Shown piece by piece: positions 13,035-23,828 of a DNA stretch of 64,000 nt. The stretch spans positions 103,416,001-103,480,000 of the forward strand of contig OZ024743.1 in assembly GCA_964016885.1 (NCBI GenBank). Reading direction: 5' to 3'. Within the stretch, counting starts at the first letter, position 1, and every line of letters begins with the position of its first letter. Under the pieces are notes generated by a model. That model saw only the letters and a list, made by a program, of their open reading frames with translations, made no database searches and was not told the DNA's origin. Made by a program: the position numbers and the translations under genes. The DNA is from Eledone cirrhosa (taxonomy: Eukaryota).

Positions 13035-14210
13035 GCACCTCCGGGATATTCGTCTCGGGAGCAGTTCCCCCATCGCCCGCCACTTTGGTGGCCCTGGACA
13101 CTCCGCACGCCATCTCACAGTCTGTGGCCTACTCCAGTGCCACGGAACACCCGCCCATCGCCTTACGGTCGAACAACGAACTATCTTCATCTTACAGACC
13201 CACACTCCCCCCGGCCTGAACTCCCCACCCTTATTCCTTTAGCGTTCGACCCCCCCCCCCCACACACACACACACTTCTCCCCCACTAACACCACTAACA
13301 CACGCCTCCTTTTCACCGCCCACCCCACACTAACAATACTAACACCTCCACTCCACCCCTCATCTGACGACCCTTCCCCAACTAACATACTAACATCCTT
13401 CCCTCCACTCTTCTCCTCCTCCCCCCTCCTTATCACACGCACACACGCACCCACTTACACCACCCACCCCACACGCAACTAACATCACTAACACCCCCAA
13501 CCCCACGCACACGTACCCACACACCCTCGTACACCACCAACTCTACACATCCTACCACCACTAACCCCCACTCACACCTGCATTCAACCCCTCCCCACCT
13601 CCCGTATACTAACATCCACTAACACCTCTTCACCAAACTACACACACACCAGTACATCACACTCCCTCCATAGAACCACACACACCCTTATCTCCCCGCT
13701 CCACCCACACCCCCGCTCCACACTCACTCATCCCACTAACACCCCTACTAATACACACACACACAAACCCTCCTCACTCCAACTTTCACACCTACCCATC
13801 GTCGCCCCCTTACCATTCCACCGACTGCTGCTATGCCCTTCTGACCACCTCCCAGCACCAACAGACCACAGCACTCCCACTGCTGAACACTCTCCTCTTC
13901 CGACCACCGCTTCATGGATTACCCATACGCAGAAATTGACTTATAACCAATCCTCCAAACATCCTTGGAACTTACCAACTTTTCAACCATCCTCTTATGT
14001 CATCACCTATATAACTCACCCACACACACTCCCCCTGCCTTCCATAGATTATAGACTCCTTACACTGGTGGTTTTCCCTGTTTTATTGATGGCACACTGT
14101 CTCTCTTTAGTGTGTTACCTTTTCAACATATTGTATTTTAAAGAGCTCAGCATTCCTTTTCCTTTGAGCACATTATTCACAGGAAATAACGAGAGTCTAT
14201 GGCTCCGTTA
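13035..14210 (+). mobile_element. 5'-truncated Neptune-like PLE (GIY-YIG C-terminus plus C-rich 3' region)
   Basis: Translates HLRDIRLGSSSPIARHFGGPGHSARHLTVCGLL..RLTVEQRTIFILQTHTPPGLN; not in the ORF track because it lacks a start codon. Confidence 0.7.
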
Positions 14211-14267
14211 ATTTAAAGGATTGTAAATAAAACGAGTAAATCAGACAAGTTGGAATTCCTTTTATTA

Positions 14268-14302
<35 letters not shown>

Positions 14303-14531
14303 AGTTTATCCCGGGTTCAATCGGGGATAACCACAGTAAGTAAGGTACTCAATACAAAGCAGAGCATAAATATTTAATATAGAAAAGGCTTCTACAGGAC
14401 TAGAGCTGTTTCATTCGGGAGAAATCAGTTCTAGTCCTGTAGAAGCCTTTTCTATATTAAATATTTATGCTTTGCTTTGTTTTCTGTACCTTACTTACTG
14501 TGGTTTTCCCCGATTAAACCCGGGATAAACT

Positions 14532-14564
<33 letters not shown>

Positions 14565-14620
14565 TAATAAAAGGAATTCCAACTTTGTCTGATTTACTCG
14601 TTTTATTTACAATCCTTTAA
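14211..14620. repeat. ~410-bp near-perfect palindrome
   Basis: Arms TTTAAAGGATTGTAAATAAAACGAG... and ...CTCGTTTTATTTACAATCCTTTAAA enclose mirrored TA tracts and an inner ~230-bp palindrome. Confidence 0.9.
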
Positions 14621-14679
14621 AATTTATAATGGTATTAGAATGAAATAGTATGGTAGAATATTAAATGTTAAGGGTTAAT

Positions 14680-14718
14680 TGAATAAGTACTTTCATGCTT
14701 TCGCAATCTTCAGGTTCA
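14680..14718 (-). ncRNA. Minimal hammerhead ribozyme
   Basis: TGAAC-CTGAAGA-tTGCgaaaGCAt-GAAAGTACTT-aTTCA; palindromic AAGTACTT stem III; one stem I mismatch. Confidence 0.7.
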
Positions 14719-15088
14719 TATTCTGTGGTGACAGTCAAGTTTGCAATTTTCAACTGTAATGAGATGGGTAAATTTTGTACCTTATATACAGTGAAAAGCG
14801 GCTACAGAATGTTAGATTCTGCAAACTGTATTTCGACCAATCGGTGTGTAGTTTCACTGGATTACTAAAGCTGATTGGTTTAGGCGTCACGGTTGGTTGA
14901 GCATGTCTAACGACTACTATTTGACCCTATCCAAAGCATCAATTGTTTTGCTATTTTTAGAAATGATGAAAATAACATTTCTAGTAATCATCACCATCAA
15001 CATCACTTCCATTATTATTACTGTTGTTGTTGTTGTTAGTGGTAGTAGTCGACATGGTCGTAGTCATAGTAGGAGTAATACCCCATTA

Positions 15089-15511
15089 TTATTGTTCATT
15101 TAGCTTGGGTTGGAATTTATCCATAAAATTCTTTTCTTTGATTTTTCTCTTGATTTCACTTGGGCTGTGTAATTTGTAGAATGGAAATATTATAAATATT
15201 CCCTGACCACATGTTGCTAGATGGTTACTCAGGGGTATCTGACGGACATTTGGGTCTCTGATTTGCTGTCGGTGCACCCGTGCACGTTCCGATAGTGCAT
15301 TTCCAGTTTGACCGACATATAGTTCTTCACAATTCGGGCATTTAATGCAGTAAATTAGATTTCTGCTTTTGCAGTTCATATTTGCATTTGAGAATATTTT
15401 TCCAGTTTTTGTGTTCATATATTGACAGTTGTGTATGGATTGACATGTGCCACATCGACTATCATTGCATTTAGATACAGTGAATGATTGGTCTTTGTTT
15501 GTTAAGGTCAA
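15089..15511 (-). pseudogene. PLE GIY-YIG endonuclease fragment
   Basis: LIY..YVGQT GIY-YIG motif with an upstream CxxxxCxxC linker. Confidence 0.85.
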
Positions 15512-15633
15512 ACTTTGCTTTTGTAAGTAATTGCTTCAAATTTTACTAAGAGTCAAAGATCGGTCTGTGATTAAGCCTTTTAATTCATTACTTTCAGCAA
15601 TGATCGGTAGGTTTGTTTTAGCAGTGTTGAAGA

Positions 15634-15732
<99 letters not shown>

Positions 15733-15978
15733 TTCCTATATCTTTTAAACATATATACATATATACACACATATACACATATACATATATATATATATAC
15801 ATATATATATACATACATACACACATATTTAAAAGAAATAGGATTTTGCTTCAAGCATAGCTACAATATGTATAAATATTTCGTATCTCCAAAGAAATAC
15901 AGTTTTAGGAAGCCGTAGCTATGCAACCACCGGGGGGCTAACGCCCTCTGGTGATGTCCAGCAGAAGCAAGGGGGACA

Positions 15979-16022
15979 ACCGTCTATGCATTTCAGGCTT
16001 AACTGACCTTCGTCAGGACGGT
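15979..16022 (-). ncRNA. Canonical minimal type I hammerhead ribozyme
   Basis: ACCGTC-CTGACGA-AGGtcagttaagCCT-GAAATGCATA-GACGGT; 6-bp stem I, palindromic ATGCAT, AUA cleavage triplet. Confidence 0.85.
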
Positions 16023-16028
16023 CCCTCC

Positions 16029-16268
16029 GGCATGGCTTAGTGGTTAGAGCATTGGGCTTGCAATCGAAAGGTTGTGAGTTCAATTTCCGGACCGGGTGAT
16101 GTGTTGTTTCCTTGAGCAAGACACTATATTTCACGTTGCTCAGCTGTAGAAATGAATACCGGCCTGCCCGCCCAGCCAGTGGGATGGCGTTATCTTATGG
16201 CTAAAGCAGCACGACGTGCTGTGACCAGCGGCGCCGATTGGCGCCCGACAGACTGGTCGGTCAAGGTG
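16029..16268 (+). mobile_element. tRNA-derived SINE family 2 (CORE-like middle)
   Basis: TGGCTTAGTGGTTAGAG A-box, GAGTTCAATT B-box, TCCTTGAGCAAGACACT; related copy at ~7436-7680. Confidence 0.7.
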
Positions 16269-16459
16269 ATATATATATATAACTGTTAACATTTCACCAA
16301 CTCAAAATGAAAGTAATAAAACGAGATGAACACTTAGATACAATCTACGCATTAGAATAATAAATATATATTTGCATCGTTTAATGAATCAGTAGTTCTA
16401 TTTACTTTCTCGTTTCACAACCACAATTTTTACTCCACGTTCGACTTCAAAAGGTCGAT

Positions 16460-16865
16460 GGATTAGCAGAATTGACAGTGTGTTGGATAAAATGACATTG
16501 CGATATTTATTTATCACTTTCTACGTTCTGATTTCAAATTCTGCCGAGGTCAAATTTGCTTTCATCCTTCCGGCGCCAATGAAACAAAATAGCAGCTAAA
16601 GACTTGGTTTTCCTTTCATGGTCTAGCCTTGTGTTAATAGCAGTAAGAAATATTGATGATGAATTGACAGAATTGGTAGAGCGTCGGATGAAATGACATT
16701 GGGGTATTTGTTCTGACTCCTTGCATTCTAATTTCAAATGCCTCAGAAGTCGACTTTACTTTTCATCCTTACTTTTCATCCGTCGATAACATAAAGTACC
16801 AGTACTTGAGTTGATTTAATCAACTTTGCCTCTCCCACAATTTTGCTGGCCTTATGCTTAAATTA
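16460..16865 (+). mobile_element. Cluster of decayed family 1-related SINEs
   Basis: Repeated GCAGAATTG..TTCAAAT..CTTTCATCCTT motifs. Confidence 0.6.
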
Positions 16866-16934
16866 GTAATTAATGATGGACTTCAAATATCTATCTATCT
16901 ATCTATCTATATCTATCTATCTAGCGATCGATCG

Positions 16935-17036
<102 letters not shown>

Positions 17037-17048
17037 CGAGAGAGAGAA

Positions 17049-17089
<41 letters not shown>

Positions 17090-17093
17090 TAGT

Positions 17094-17124
<31 letters not shown>

Positions 17125-17129
17125 TAGAT

Positions 17130-17183
<54 letters not shown>

Positions 17184-17361
17184 GGTGCTCAGACCGAGAA
17201 CACCACTAATCAAGTGAGTACTCGACCACGGCGTCAAGCGGTCGAGATTTTACTTATCTCTTTATATATATATGTGTGTGTGTGTGTGTGTTCTGTTCTC
17301 GATTTACGTTTACACCGGCGACGCACTCACATTCTAAATGAATGGCACGCTTGCAAGAGAA

Positions 17362-17665
17362 TCTAAACTATAATAAAGTAAGGAGCGCGGAACTTCGTCC
17401 AGAATATATATTTTTATCCCGTTTGTAAAATAAGTTGGATTATTTTGAATAAATAATGAATGAATTGTATATCATTTATCTACTAAATTTCCTTATTTTT
17501 GATTAAATATAAATAATTTTGTTGCTTATTTTAAGATTCACTTCTTTAAAATTTTCAAATGTCAACACTTCCGGTTAGCGATCGCTTAAATAAACATTCA
17601 TATATTTCCGTCACTAATTTTCTCCTAATGCAGTTTATATATAATATCGTTTTTTTTTATGTATC

Positions 17666-17668
<3 letters not shown>
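17362..17668 (+). mobile_element. Helitron family X, 5' part
   Basis: A|TCTAAACTATAATAAAGTAAGGAGCGCGG start; homologous to the other X copies. Confidence 0.7.
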
Positions 17669-17701
<33 letters not shown>

Positions 17702-18467
17702 ATAATAATAAATTTGAAGACTAAAATCCAAAGAGGGCTCGATAAGGAAAATATATATCAAATATATAAGAACCGTAGAGCAAATATTTATTAAAATAAC
17801 AGATTAAAGTTTAAGCAAAGAATCGCAGCTTTCACCCTTAACGGGATCTTCTGAAACTAACAAAGTCAATCTGTAAACGCCGAACTGGATACTTCAAAAA
17901 ACGTTGCAACCGGAGGAAGACAGGAAGACGATACTTTGGTTCGTGGTAACGTTCGCTGGCAAACAACGGGAAAAAACGAATAATACGTCATTAATAGGAG
18001 CGGTGAAAAACAATTACGCGCAAAGACAAAACCACGTTTATGGTATAAAAGAGGTCGTAGACTAATGTTCTCTTAGGTGGTGCATAGAGACGTTCTCTGG
18101 CAATGGACGAAAATAGATAGAGATATATAAGTATATATATTGTGTGTGTGTGCATGTGTGCGTATGTACACAGTCAGTTCAGTCTTCTGGCACTGTATAA
18201 CCCAATACAACCTGGTTCATGGCAACCGGTTCACCTCTCAGATTTTAGTCAGGAGAGGTAGGTAAGTGGAACTCCAGCAGCTCAAAAAGATGACCTGTTA
18301 AATAGACGGATGAACTTCTCAGAGTCAACAGCCATGCACTCAAACTATATACACTATCACGCTATTGCCTAAGCGGAGTGAGTACAGCTACACCACTGAT
18401 ATGAGAAATACCAAAGAGAAAGGGGTGGAGGTCAACCAAGAAGGGGTTCCTCCAACGGGAGTGAGAA

Positions 18468-18509
<42 letters not shown>

Positions 18510-18546
18510 ATTGTTCTCTGTTGATGAACTAACTGTTGTGTAACCA

Positions 18547-18604
<58 letters not shown>

Positions 18605-18605
<1 letters not shown>

Positions 18606-19890
18606 TAGCATTTTAGCCCGGCGTTGCTCGGGTTTGTTCATTTGCTATGAAAAGTTACATACAGGGAAACGTGGCTTGAAAGCGAATAACCATATCAATT
18701 AAGAGCATAAAGCAGTTGAAACGGTTATTAAAAGTTACGAACCAATTAACATTTTGGACAATCGATGATGGGTTAATAATCTTCCAATAGCGAATATAGC
18801 AGACCAAAGTTGCAAGATGGTGGCCCTGATGCCGCTGGGTGCCAGATCTGTCCGCCATGGGTGACCCTACCAGGAAATATTTCCAACACCTGCACCAACA
18901 TCTATAACACCTCTTTGTAGACGATATTGTGTGTAATCCTTTGAGGAGTGTAAGCAAAAAGTCCATTCCTGCTCCCTACGCGGGAACAGGCAACATAAAG
19001 TTGGCCATGGGAGAAGCATGGCTCCCCCGAATGGATGCCCGCCACCGACAATGTTTTCCCTTGTGACTTGTTAATGGACATGCTAAAACATGGTCTCACC
19101 GGGAATTGGGATCGCCGGAAATCGAACGGGATATCTGACGCCGAGGGGAAAAGGTTCATCCTTGGCAGTGTATTCGGCAGAATTGCCAGAATTACAACAC
19201 TATGGATGTTGTCATATTAATATTTAACCAATGAAAGTCATAAAAAATAAATAATTTAAACATTCCGATTCATATGTCTATAGCATTAATCTGTTATATG
19301 GAGTGTTATTTTGCGGTTGTTATTTGCAATAAGTCAATTTAAAATACCCCAGAAAAGCCGTATGTCGATACGGAACTCCAATGACTCCCCGAGCAGTTAA
19401 ATTATAGAGAGGGGGAATAATCTATTATATAGAGAGGGAAGAGCGATGGCGAGAGTAAAGCTAAGAAACTATAGGGGTATGTGTTAAACAGTGTTGTCAT
19501 ATAGAGAGTGAAGAGCGACAGAGAAAGTAAGGCAGTTAAATTATAGAGAGGGGGAATGATCTATTTTAGAGAGAGGGAAGAGCGACGGAGAGAGTTATGA
19601 CTATGTCTGTTGTATAAAATGATGTGTTGCTTAGTTTTAAAAGTTTATGTCACGTTCCTGATCGATGTTTAGTCGCTGTTGGGTAGAGAGAGTGAATAAG
19701 CATGTAAAAGAGAGGGTTACAACATGTATTTAGTTTTATCGATGTTTTTGGCACAGTTTATTACGCGTTGGCCATCATTGGTAAATTTGAAGCACATTGG
19801 AAAAAAATCATCAAAATCGGTAGAGAAATGTGGAACTGCATAAAAATCATACACACACACAGATAGACATCTTCCGTTTTATATATATAT
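18605..19890 (-). mobile_element. Internally deleted Helitron (family Y) with a Pif1 helicase C-terminal remnant
   Basis: 3' hairpin CCCGAGCAACGCCGGG then CTAG|T; ORF 18902-19159 QFPVRPCFSMSINKSQGKTL..FSHGQLYVACSRV..NIVYKEVL. Confidence 0.85.
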
Positions 19891-20354
19891 ATATAACGAA
19901 GGAATTGTGGTAAGAAACCAGATGGACCATAACGCACCAGGGTAAAATTAGATACTGAGAAATGAATAAAGAAAATCACAATGCTATCTTACAATTACAG
20001 GTCAATAAGTTGAGAATAGAAAAAAATTGTAGAAATAGAGTAGTAACAAAAATGATACAAAATTAAAGGGGTCTAACACATCTGCTATAAGTAGTTAGTA
20101 AAACGTATTCGGCCAATTCTATCTTAAAATTACAGGGGGGGGGGACTGATGCTACAGAGGCCCGATGGGCTGCATCGGGTAGGCGAAAGGGGAAAAGAAG
20201 ACGAGGAAGAAAATAGGGGGTGGAAGGAAGTGATAGGATGAGACAGGGGGAAGAAGAAGACAAAGAGGAAAAGAAAAGAGATACATCTACCTATGTAAGC
20301 TGGGTGTTTCTCCTAACTTATTCGGCAAGTGGGGGGAGGGGTATCAGCCCTTCT

Positions 20355-22497
20355 CTACCCACCAGGGTCGTTATGGGGTTTGAGGGCGAGGTAAGTCGTA
20401 CGCAATCTGTGTTTGCATGCGGTTACCAGTTCGTCTTTCTTGTTTAGGAGTTGGTCCTTTGAAAACAGCATTTGTAATGTTTCCTCCGAGCATAGGTTAC
20501 ACGGACGGCGTCCTCCCGTGTAAGAGTTAGCTCTGGACAGTAAGCTCCAAGTGGGATTGTAGGTTATATTATTATCTTGGAGGTCCCAGATGTGGCCCGA
20601 AAGTGTAGTGGCATGTCGCCGGACCGGGTTTCGGAAAGTATGACGGTGTTGGTAGAGCCGGGCCTTGAAGTCACAAGCGGTTAATCCTATATAAGCTTTG
20701 TTGGAGGTGTCCGTGCTCACGTTGCACTGGTAGATCACGTTACGTTCTCGGCATTTGTTATTGAGGGGGCACGTAGATCTATCAGGGCAGTTAAACCTCC
20801 TGGTCGGCTCTCCGCTGATGTCTAGGTTGTTTCTTCCATAGGGGTTGAGTTTTTTGTTGTTTGAGGAGACGATGTTTCGTGCGAAGTTAGGTGTGGTGCT
20901 GTAGGAGAGTTTGATGGTGTTTTTGTTGATTATGTTGTGGTAGCGGTGTTGTAGTGGGAAGTGTTTTTCGAGGAGCCTAAAGAAGATTTTCCCGATAGGT
21001 GTTGCCACCTCGGCATTATGGGGAGGATTCAACCACGTTACGTTGCGTGAGCGGTGGTCTCACCTGCTGGTTTCGCTAAGGGAAGTTGGATAAAAGGATA
21101 TTTCCTCCCAGAAGCCACTCCGGTTGAGGCCCTGGTTGTAATGAGGCGCATGTTCGTCGAATATCTGCTCATTAGCGGACAAACGAGATATGCGGAGGGA
21201 GATGTTTTTAACCAGGTTATTGGTGATGTTTCTAGGATGGATAGAGCCACGGTGGATGTAGTGCAGGTTGTCGTTTGGATTCCTGTATGGGTAGTACAGA
21301 TCATTTTCGAGGCTAAGGGTAACGTCCAGGAAATTGACTCGGGTTAGGGACTTTTGTAGGGTGATTTTAAATCCCCAGTCCCGGAAGAAGTTGGTTAGTT
21401 GTTTACGGACCCGGTCTCTACTACTGCAGTTGTACCCTTTGAGGGTGAGGAGCCCATCATCCCGGTACAATCCACCACCGAATGCAGGAAACATTTCGGT
21501 GAGTTTAAATAGTAGGAATAATCCTATAAGATCTGTGACCTCGGCCGAATCCGTCGCGCCCATACTGACGTCGAAGGGGGAGTCGGGAGCTCTCTTTATC
21601 CACTTGGAGTTGTCAAAAAGTAGGACTGTCTTCCTAGCGTGGAGAATGATATTTCTTTCCTGGTCAGTGATGGGTGTGAGTGTTTCGGCAAAGTCCAAGA
21701 AGCGGTAAGGTAATAGATGCATAGTAACTCTCTATGTCAAACTGGATGAATTTTGTGTCTCGTTTGTTCTCCATATTCCTGAACCATGAGATTATTTCCT
21801 GGGTGTTGACCCATAGGCTAAGTCTCACCTTTTTCTTAACTTTTGGTATAACGCGGTCTAGGATCTTTTTACGGATTCTCCCTATGTCCGACTTCGTTGG
21901 GTTTATAAGCCTAATGGATGGTTTGCGGTCGAAGTCGGATTTGTGGTCCTTCACTGTGAAGTAGGTAGTCCGTGGGTCTAGGGGTTCAGTGCAGTCGGTG
22001 ACCCCGAGGCTGGAGGAAAGTTGTTGTCCATCTCGATTTATGTCCTCGATAATTGAATGGCTAGCCTTTTTATAGGTGGAGTTTAGGCTACTCCTGATCA
22101 GTGTGTGGTATCTCTCAGGGTTGATGAAGTAGAGGTTTCCAGTTTTGTCCGAGTGCACCATGATGTCGTTGATGTTTTCATACTCTGTTATTTTGCTACA
22201 GAGTTGTTGTAGGAATCTGTTGTGTCTAGGTTTGAATGTAATGCTCTTGACCAGGTGGAAAAGGTCGTTCTCGAGGGGTGAGAGCATAGGGTTCGGAGGG
22301 GAGATGTGTAGGTATTGAATCCGAATCTCTCCTTGGTGTCGAAGTCCAGATTGTCGCAGTATCTATCGTAGAAAAAAGTTCCCCATCTTAGTCTTTTCGC
22401 AAAAAGGTCGATTTTTTTGCGTGAGCATCCGAAGGTAAAGTTTTCTCGGTGGAACTGGGATGTTCTTGGTGGAGAAGTCGATGTTGTGTTTTCGCAT
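20355..22497 (-). pseudogene. PLE RT + GIY-YIG ORF, disrupted
   Basis: ORF pieces 22363-22644, 21664-22287, 21060-21722 and 20355-21032 are colinear with the ORF at 45976-48193. Confidence 0.9.
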
Positions 22498-22682
22498 CGT
22501 CCGGGTGAAGAAACTTGAGCTGGGTGGAAAAGTCGGGATATGGCGTGGTAGAGTCGGAAAGTGCTCTACTACAGTATTAGGAGCTAAATAACGAAGGAAT
22601 TCTGGTAAGGAACCAGATGGGCCATAACGCACCAGAGTACCCAATACTTAGGGTAGTAGAGTGGGAAATAGGAAACAGTATG

Positions 22683-22778
22683 AACCCGACGGCAGAGCTC
22701 AAGCCGTTTCGGCGGCTATTTCTGAACTAAATTAGAATTTTTAGCCTGGTGAATAAATAGCCGATCTTGTCAAGGGGT
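22683..22778 (-). ncRNA. Hammerhead ribozyme, U3-A8 core variant
   Basis: ACCCC-TTGACAA-gatCGGCTATTT...AAATAGCCGcc-GAAACGGC-ttgagctct-GCCGTC-GGGTT. Confidence 0.8.
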
Positions 22779-23547
22779 ACTTCCTTATATGGGAAGATTG
22801 TAGTTGTCAAGATGATTGGTTAAAATTTGTTGTAAACACAAATAAGTCTATCATGGCATTTGGTGGGAGGTAGGGGTGGCTGAACTTGACTGTAGAACAA
22901 TAGGGGAGTGAGTGGAGCCAGTCAAGCGTTGAAAGTGATATGTATACAGCAGATTCTAAGGATAGAGTATGAAATGGAGGAGGGAGGTTATAGAATAGGT
23001 AATTCGAAAGAGAGTAGGAGACAATAAAAGATAATAGAAAGAAATAAAAAAATATATAAAATTAGATAGTGAGAAATGAATAAAAAAATCACAATGCTAT
23101 CTTACAATTACAGGTTAATAAGTTGAGAATAGAAAAAAACTTGTAGAAATGGAGTAGTAACAAAAATGATACAAAATTAAAGGGGTCTAACACATCTGTT
23201 ATAAGTAGTTAGTAAAACGTATTCGGCTAATTCTATCTTAAAATTACAGGGGTGGGGGAACTGGTGCTACAGAGGCCCGATGGGCTGCATCGTGGTAGGC
23301 GAAGGTGTGTGTGAGTGTGTGTGTAACCACTCACATTAACTGTTACCGACTGTAATTCTACAGATTTGATTGATGTCCAATAGCTGTAAAAACAGCTATT
23401 GGGAGATAGAGACTTGATAGTTGTATGACCCTAACTGAAGACGATAGCAGTCGCCGTGTTTTGACTGCTTGATCTTCATATGAGGGACTAAACTCTGTGA
23501 GTGAACATAGTTAATTTTCTCCCTCATATCAAGGATTTGAAGACAAT

Positions 23548-23636
23548 TCATTTTCACCTGACGAGATCAGTGATAATCGATCATGGCTACACGATCGATC
23601 TATCTCTTATTGAAACATGTGTCGTGATTAAAATGA
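23548..23636 (+). ncRNA. Hammerhead ribozyme in a solo pLTR-like fragment
   Basis: TCATTTTCAC-CTGACGA-long stem II (ATCGATC/GATCGAT)-GAAAC-atgt-GTC-GTGAttAAAATGA; the fragment ends in (TA)n. Confidence 0.85.
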
Positions 23637-23664
23637 TTGGAAATTTATACCATGCCTTCGGATC

Positions 23665-23751
<87 letters not shown>

Positions 23752-23828
23752 TTTTTTTGTTTTAACATATATTTATTTCTAAGATTTCACCGTAGAGATA
23801 ACATATATTTATACATACATGACAGAAA

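Larger units (their letters stand above)
14560..15636 (-). mobile_element. 5'-truncated Neptune-like PLE with GIY-YIG endonuclease
   Basis: ORF 15089-15511: KCNDSRCGTC..CKSRNLIYCIKCPNCEELYVGQTGNALSERARVHRQQIR; the pLTR contains an HHR. Confidence 0.85.
19894..23303 (-). mobile_element. Decayed full-length Naiad-type PLE with direct pLTRs (22589-23303 and 19894-20187)
   Basis: N-terminus FSTKNIPVPPRKLYLRML, RT GGLYRDDGL, linker WLNPP..CPDRSTCPLNNKC, GIY-YIG VIYQC..YIGLT, CNLC..CKH; frameshifts and a stop; 3' end abuts (TA)n. Confidence 0.9.

Noticed and set aside
21060-21062. In-frame TGA between RT and GIY-YIG as possible selenocysteine, since some Naiads encode selenoproteins
   Set aside because: It lies in a basic linker (SR*DHRSRN) rather than at a Cys position and is best explained by CGA>TGA. 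The element has other lesions, and I saw no convincing SECIS.
22640-23058. Spliced pLTR intron explaining the gap in the 3' pLTR
   Set aside because: Boundaries are not GT-AG on either strand.
23434-23460. CTGAAGA plus hairpin as a second HHR
   Set aside because: No GAAA box or stem III follows.
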